From contig OX597828.1 of the NCBI GenBank assembly GCA_951406725.2, forward strand, positions 22,010,001-22,074,000: a DNA stretch of 64,000 bases, in the 5' to 3' direction. Each line of letters starts with the position of its first letter. Position 1 is the stretch's first letter. Shown here one piece after another: positions 56,776-64,000 of this stretch. The notes under the pieces are model-generated. The model had not been told where the DNA came from and made no database searches. It saw only the letters and a list, made by a program, of their open reading frames with translations. The position numbers and the translations under genes were made by a program. Source of the DNA: Octopus vulgaris. Taxonomy: Eukaryota.

Positions 56776-56776
<1 letters not shown>
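52240..56776 (-). mobile_element. Near full-length R4/Dong-clade non-LTR retrotransposon flanked by (TAA)n
   Basis: Single long frame, ~160-bp 3' UTR, TAA-type tail at 52213-52250 and (TAA)n at 56777-56845. Confidence 0.9.
52403..56284 (-). pseudogene. R4/Dong ORF: RT, CCHC knuckle and restriction-enzyme-like endonuclease; one in-frame TAG at 54623-54625
   Basis: RIKWTRED N-terminal motif, PGLDRIPNF*L, KNYRPITCL, RGIFQGDSLSPLLF, FYMDDLKL, CRFC..ETIDHLVSGC, RHD, RPDIIV..IEVS..K..KY. The two track ORFs share a frame. Start taken as the first ATG (MTTKIN), uncertain. Confidence 0.93.
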
Positions 56777-56838
<62 letters not shown>

Positions 56839-57099
56839 TTTATTATACATGGATTTAATCCCATTGGATCTCAATACTTCAAGGTAATTTTTTCGTGAAC
56901 TATCATCAAACTCAAGATACATAAAGACTTTACAATGTATCGGAGTACCTATTTTTTAATTTTTGTATATATTTATTATTATTTTTTTGCAAAAAACAAT
57001 GTAATTTTCTTTTTTCCCCCTCCTCACATTAAAAAAAAAAATTTTCTTTATAATTTAGCATTCTGCCTTTTTACAATTTTTCCTTGCCTATATATATAC

Positions 57100-57208
<109 letters not shown>

Positions 57209-57988
57209 TATATATATGTATATATATATATGTATATATATATATATGCATATATATATGTATATATATATATATGTTATACACATACAAACACACAATC
57301 ACAAACAACACACATAGACACACATACACACATACATATATAAGTTTGTGTGGGGGGGGAGTGGGGGTGGTTGTGTATGTGAGTGTGAGTGTGAGTGTAT
57401 GTGTGTTAATATGTGTACGTATATATACATGTATATAAATTTATGTGTGCATGTGTTTGTGTGTGTTTGTGTGTGTGCATGTGTGTTCATGCATGTATGT
57501 ATATTTTATATCCATATCTATAGATACAGTTATACTTACATATTATACTTACATATACACTCATAAGAGCAAGGCAGCTGTTGTGTAGATGCTCTCCTAT
57601 TCATATTGTCCGTACTTACCTCGTAATATCTGGAAGAACAATTCGACCAGTTTCGGTAGCACATACACAGTTAGTTACGCAGAGAAAGTAGATTATAATT
57701 GCATAAAAATAAAATGCTATGCATTGCTTGCATCGATTTTATTCATTTGAATAGCTGTACATTCGCTACTGACGCATATTAATTACGTTACATACTGTAT
57801 CAGCGTAAAGAGTACTTCTGCCTTAAAATGTAAATTTAATACAGAAGTCCCTTTTATAAAGCAAGGTAAATGGATTTTTATTGAACACATTCATGTAAAT
57901 GATTTACGTTACACTCAGTTACAAATACTCATATTCACACAAAAACCTATCATACATATATACAATCACATACACACACTACACACAC

Positions 57989-58029
<41 letters not shown>

Positions 58030-58041
<12 letters not shown>

Positions 58042-58575
58042 AACGGCAGTTTGTCTGTCTGTGTGTCTGTGTGTCTGTCAGGTTGTACCCTCACCCTGAC
58101 CACGGCTTCGAACCGATTCTGATGAAACTGAACACACACATAGCCCAATGTCATAATTCAAAACTGACGCAGCGAACATTTTGAAAAGTTACCCCAGTTT
58201 CGATAAAAATCGATAAATTCGACATGGGGTCTAAAATCTCAGCTTTTTATATGCAACACATTTTCTGTTGTAGTTTTCGCAACTTGCAATCGATTTTCAC
58301 CAAACTCATGGTGAAGCTTAATGTTACCTTAAAAAACTTAATTCTGACGTTAGTTTTCCATGCAATACCTTACCATCAGAAAAAATCGATAAAATCATGC
58401 CATTTTGGGAAATCGCGTTTTCGCCCAAAGGGACAGCTAGGAACATCGTATACACAGAAGACATTGCAGCCTACACATGCGCCTTCGTTTCCTAGAGGGA
58501 AAGGACTAGATTGGGATTAGTCGTTGCCTACTAGGGGCTCTTACATACCCGGGCAACGCCGGGCTATGCTGCTAG
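58030..58575 (+). mobile_element. Non-autonomous Helitron; a further 3' end at 40024-40050
   Basis: 5' (TA)n-CATAAACGGCAGTTTGTCTGTC; 3' CCCGGGCAACGCCGGG hairpin followed by CTGCTAG|T. Confidence 0.8.
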
Positions 58576-59030
58576 TATATATATAAAGTTGTCGATGTTA
58601 TAACAATGTAGTAACTATCATTAAAAGGTAAATTATTTTTGGGCAGGTGGTTAGTATCTCGAAGCACATAAAGGCTATAAATGGTTTAGAAAGTCGAAGG
58701 ATTTTTTTAATCCAATATAGTACAATATATATAAACTAGTAATTATTGCATTTATGAAGGTGATGAACTCTGAGTATCGTTAGCACACCAGACAAAATAC
58801 TTGCCGGTGTTTCGTTTCCATCGCAATCGACTTTGATTTTCATCCTTTCGTGGGTGGGGGTATAAAATAAGCACCGGTTCGTCTCAGGGATCGATATAAT
58901 TGATTTCTTTTAGCCCTTAATAATTGCTAAGCTTGTGCCAAGATTAGAAGCGATTTATAGCAATAATGTGCTTCGAGATACGATTCCCAAAAGAAAAAGA
59001 AAGCAATTATTACACATATTCACACGCAAT

Positions 59031-59082
<52 letters not shown>

Positions 59083-59086
<4 letters not shown>

Positions 59087-59331
59087 CGTGATCACCGTGA
59101 CCGACCAGGCTATCAAATGAAGCTACCCCGCTGGCTAAGCGAGCAGGCCAACTGGAGAAAGAGTGAGACAGTTGTGGCGAAAGAGTACAGCAGGGATCTC
59201 CCCCCCTGCCGTAGCTTTGTGGAGCTTTAGGTGTTTTCGCTCTATAAACACTCACAAAGCCCGGTCTGGGAATCGAAACCGCGATCCTACGACCGCGAAT
59301 CCGCTGCACTAACCACTGGGCCATTGCACCT

Positions 59332-59333
<2 letters not shown>
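59083..59333 (-). mobile_element. SINE family C copy within (TA)n
   Basis: GGAGGTGCAATGGCCCAGTGGTTAGTGCAGCGGATTCGCGGTCGTAGG...GGTTTCGATTCCC. Confidence 0.88.
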
Positions 59334-59423
<90 letters not shown>

Positions 59424-60594
59424 AAATGAAGAAAATGGTGACAAAATAATTTAAGTAATTTAACTAATTTAATTAGGTGTAAGTTCTTTTTACCGGTTGC
59501 GCATTTGTTATGCTTATCAAAAGATATTTTTTTAAGAGAGATAGAGTTACTTTCTAATAGATTTTTTCCTCTTATCTGACTTTATGTTGGGTTTGCTGTC
59601 TCTTATATGTGAAAAAAGAGGCTCCAGAGTTGTTTAAGATTTGCTTGGTTTCGCGCCTAAAATTTCTTGTGGGAAATGGTCAATACAATTTTTATTGGTC
59701 ATTATGAAGGGGTCACGTGAATGTTTGAATGGAAGTTGTTGTTGGGGTAAGAAAAAAGGCTCCAGAGAAGTTAAAATTTGGCTAGTGTCGCGCCTAAAAT
59801 TTCTTATTGGTCATAATAAAGAGGTCACGTGGATGTGGTCATAATAGAGAGGTCATGTGAATGTTTAGAATTTTCGAAAATCGCGTTGTTGTAAATTCTT
59901 ATTGTTCAGGCTGGTCAGTAGACGTCATGTGGATATTTTAAATAGCTTTTTAGCGCGTAGTTAGGGAGTGTATTTTCCGCTTGACTGAATTTGAGCTGGA
60001 TAAGTAAGTTCGTTTAGGACAGGAAGAGCTGAAAGGATGTATGTGTGCGCGTGCGTGTGTGTGTGTTTATATGTATGTTGGGGCGCGCGCGCGTGTATAT
60101 ATGTGTGCGTGTGTGGGTACAATTTTCACTATTTATAGTTCTGCTGGCCTTGTGCCTGTATCGGGAAGCAACGTGTTTGTGTGAAGTGAATATTTACAGT
60201 CATTTCCAAAAAATAGTGTTGGATGTTTTGCACCCGTATCCAATTATGTGTATGTGTGGAACCATATATTTGCGTGTGTCATGGTGTTAATATCTGGGTA
60301 AAAGTGTGTGTAGGGTGTGTGTAGGTGTAAGTGTGTTTGTTGTGGGTTCGTGTTAGGGGGATGTGTTTAGAAGTGGTCTGTATTTATTAATAAGGTGGGA
60401 TTCCATGGTTATTCGCTGGGTATGAGTGGCATTGTCTTTAAATTTGTAGAGGGGAAAGATTCTAAAATTGGGATGAAGTTGTGCGGCACAGGTATCAATA
60501 TGTGCACTAAGTGCTATTTTTCTGTATTCCTGTATTTTTATTTGGGATTTGTGGACAGTCATGCGTTGGCGGAGGCTATTTTTAGTTTGGCCTA

Positions 60595-62786
60595 CTCTCC
60601 AAAGGTCTGAAATTCACACTAACCCCCCCCCCCACGTCCAAACTACTACGAAATGAAGGAAGACATTACAGAATTTTGTAGAAAATTGCGACTTAGTGAG
60701 GGACTATTCGACCAGCACAATGAGGATGAGTCACTAGCTAGAAATAAAAGCAACTACACCCCACCAAAAGGTAGAAATAAAATCCTAGACGAATTCTGTG
60801 ACCACATTACAAACTTCCCCTACCAACACTTACACAAACCAAAACCCAAACCAAACCTCAACAAGAAAGTGTGGGAAGAATTAAACAAATTAAAAAATGA
60901 AAGATCTATCACCATTAAAGAGGCCGATAAATGAAGTGCAGTAGTCTTAATGCAGACAGAATACTATATCAATTTAGCACTCTCCACCTTGGAAAATGCA
61001 ACATATTACGAAAAGGCTGAACACTACAATCAACAGAAAATTATGAGAAACTTAAAAACCCTGATCAACCCCCACAAAGAAGAACTCACTAACAAAGAAT
61101 TCAACTTCATCACAAATTTCACTAGTAAAACCAGCCTCTTCTACGGTATTCCCAAAATTCATAAAAGCGAATTAATAAGTAAGGCATGCAAGGAAGCCAC
61201 AAACTCTGTAATCAATGTCCCCTCACCAAATGACCTCAAATTGAGACCTATAATAGCAGGTCCCGCCTGCGAAATCCACCGCCTTAGCAACTTCATTGAT
61301 ATCCTTCTCAAGCCGTTCCTCAAACACATTTAAAGCTACATAAGGTATGATCTAGATATGCTCAGCCACCTCCCCAATACACTTCTTGCTGAACAAACCC
61401 TGCTAGTAACATTCGATGTACTTAATCTTTACTCCTACATCCCCCACAACCTAGGAATAGAAGCTATCTAATTCTGGCTGGATAATTACTCCAACGAACT
61501 CCCACACCGCATCAAAAAGGAATTTATTTTAGAAGGACTCAAATTCATCTTAGAGAATAATTTCTTCACCTTCAACAACAAATTCTACAGACAGAAATCA
61601 GGGACGGCAATGGGAACGAAAACAGCTCCCACGTACGCCAACCTAGTCATGGGATACCTGGAAATCACCCTCTATGATAACGTTCTTAACCAATTTGGCA
61701 CCACTCCCCACACACACATAGAGAAGAACTGGAAGAGATATCTTGATGACTGCTTCATCCTTTGGCCCGAAACCGCCGAGAAGCTTAAAGAATTTCCCAC
61801 CCTTATAAATGGGCTCAACACAAACATTATTTTCACAATGGAATACAGCCCTCAACAAATTCCCTTCCTCGACATCCTCATTAAAATTCACAACAAAAAA
61901 ATAGAAACAGACATATACTACAAGCCCGCAGACTCCAAGCAATTCATGCCACCCTAGACACGTTAAAATTAACATTCCCTACAACTTAGCGAAGAGAATT
62001 TGCACTATAGTCTCCGATAAAAACACCCGTCTCTTACGTCTACAAGAACTCAAGGACACATTAACAAGCAGGGATTACCCCACGTCACTAATTGACAATG
62101 GAATCCAACGCGCCCTAAAACTCAGCACACAGGAACTTAGACGCCCTAAACCTGTTACATCGAAGCCCCCTACTCTACCATACATCTCTACACACAACCC
62201 CCTCAAAAATGAAGCTTTTGACACCATCCTCCAGAACATTCCTGTATTAAAAAAGGACCATAGAATGAACCAAATCCTCCTAACACACGAAATCATGAAG
62301 AGCAAAAGGCAACCCAAATCATTGAAAACCATCCTAACAAATGCCAAAGTACTGCCAACCACAACAACTAAACCCACAGCAAACAAATGCAATAGACCCA
62401 ACTGTGGTATATGCATCAACCTAATAGAAGGTCCGGAATTCCTTTTTAAACAAGGACAACGTTTCACAGTAAAACACAACTTCACATGCGCATCAGAAAA
62501 CCTAGTATATGTCTTAACTTGCTCGGGATGTAATGAACACTATATAGGCCAAACTAAAAATAGCCTCCGCCAACGCATGACTGTCCACAAATCCCAAATA
62601 AAAATACAGGAATACAGAAAAATAGCACTTAGTGCACATATTGATACCAGTGCCGCACAACTTCATCCCAATTTTAGAATCTTTCCCCTCTACAAATTTA
62701 AAGACAATGCCACTCATACCCAGCGAATAACCATGGAATCCCACCTTATTAATAAATACAGACCACTTCTAAACACATCCCCCTAA
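60595..62786 (+). pseudogene. Penelope RT plus GIY-YIG polyprotein, 5'-truncated and disrupted
   Basis: LSKGLKF, IKEADK*SAVV, FYGIPKIHK, LRPIIAG, TFDVLNLY, GTAMGTKTAPTYANL, RYLDDCF, PFLDI, NLVYVLTC..C...YIGQT. Stops at 60932, 61331 and ~61469; frameshifts near 60625-60650 and ~61950. Confidence 0.95.
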
Positions 62787-63614
62787 CACGAACCCACAAC
62801 AAACACACTTACACCTGCACACACCCTACACACACTTTTACCCAGATATTAACACCATGACACACGCAAATATATGGTTCCACACATACACATAATTGGA
62901 TACGGGTGCAAAACATCCAACACTATTTTTTGGAAATGACTGTAAATATTCACTTCACACAAACACGTTGCTTCCCGATACAGGCACAATGCCAGCAGAA
63001 CTATAAATAGTGAAAATTGTACCCACACACGCACACATATATACACGCGCGCGAGCCCCAACACACACACACACACACACACGCGCGCGCGCACACATAC
63101 ATACATACAGCTCTTCCTGTCCTAAACGAACTTACTTATCCAGCTCGAATTCAGTCAAGCGGAAAATACACTCCCTAACTACGCGCTAAAAAGCTATTTA
63201 AAATATCCACATGACGTCTACTGACCAGCCTGAACAATAAGAATTTATAACAACGCTATTTTCGAAAATTCTAAACATTCACATGACCTCTCTATTATGA
63301 CCACATCCACGTGACCTCTTTATTATGACCAATAAGAAATTTTAGGCGCGACACTAGCCAAATTTTAACTTCTTTGGAGCCTTTTTTCTTACCCCAACAC
63401 CAACTTCCATTCAAACATTCACGTGACCCCTTCATAATGACCAATAAAAATTGTATTGACCATTTCCCACAAGAAATTTTAGGCGCGAAACCAAGCAAAT
63501 CTTAAACATCTCTGGGGCCTCTTTTTTCACATATAAGAGACAGCAAACCCAACATAAAGTCAGATAAGAGGAAAAAATCTATCAGAAAGTAACTCTATCT
63601 CTCTTAAAAAAACA

Positions 63615-63654
63615 TCTTTTGATAAGCATAACAAATGCGCAACCGGTAAAAAGA
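63615..63654 (+). ncRNA. Variant or degenerate hammerhead-like motif in the Penelope terminal repeat; mirror at ~59485-59525
   Basis: TCTT TTGATAA GCAT aacaa ATGC GCAA CCGG TA aaAAGA: U3-A8 core, GCAA instead of GAAA, helix I needs a 2-nt bulge. Confidence 0.45.
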
Positions 63655-64000
63655 ACTTACACCTAATTAAATTAGTTAAATTACTTAAATTATTTTGTCA
63701 GCATTTTCTTCATTTCCTTTTTTATATATCACAACTCGTGTTCCACATCTCCTTTTATATATATATATATATATATATACATATGCCACTCCGTCTGTTA
63801 CGACGACGAGGGTTTCAGTTGATCCGATCAAGTGAACAGCGTGCTCGTGAAATTAACGTGCAAGTAGCTGATCCCTTTACAAACACGTGATAAGGCTGGT
63901 CCTTTGAAATACAGTTACAGCAGAAACAGGAAGAAAGAGTGAAAGAAAAAGTTGTGGTGAAAGAGTACAACAGGGTTCACCACCCCTACTTCTTGCCGGA

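Larger units (their letters stand above)
51271..57091 (+). mobile_element. 5'-truncated Penelope-like element split by the R4/Dong insertion
   Basis: 51271-51462 is an inverted copy of 56993-57091 (the latter lacks ~100 bp). The ORF remnant runs ~51463-52109, and the 3' UTR resumes after ~56845. Confidence 0.8.
59416..63723 (+). mobile_element. Penelope-like element with ~1.18-kb inverted terminal copies (59416-60594 / 62545-63723)
   Basis: Arms are near-identical reverse complements (mirror ORFs in the track) enclosing the RT-GIY-YIG ORF; flanked by (TA)n. Confidence 0.95.

Noticed and set aside
60353-60562. Separate small gene on the minus strand
   Set aside because: It is the inverted copy of the Penelope ORF end (62577-62786).

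Overview
This is AT-rich eukaryotic DNA saturated with microsatellites and transposons. The SINE families and the repeat load suggest a cephalopod, probably Octopus; that is inference from recalled repeat families, not from a search. I cannot support any host protein-coding gene, rRNA, tRNA or CRISPR array, and most ORFs in the track are translations of simple repeats. Real coding remnants: (1) a near-complete R4/Dong-type non-LTR retrotransposon (RT plus restriction-like endonuclease) broken by one in-frame stop, inserted in a (TAA)n tract inside an older Penelope element; (2) a 4.3-kb Penelope-like element (RT plus GIY-YIG) with ~1.18-kb inverted terminal copies; (3) fragments of RTE, CR1/L2-like, L1/Tx1, Tc1/mariner and Helitron elements; (4) many tRNA-type SINEs. 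The most interesting layer is non-coding: several hammerhead-ribozyme-like folds in Penelope-type termini next to (TA)n tracts. Their 3-8 core pair covaries (C-G, U-A, possibly G-C), and some lie in palindromes, one a perfect 72-bp-arm fold-back. Also notable are a 16-copy 21-bp array grown from the 5' junction of a truncated retro-copy and apparent partitioning of microsatellite targets among element families. Coordinates were counted by eye; ends of degenerate elements are approximate.
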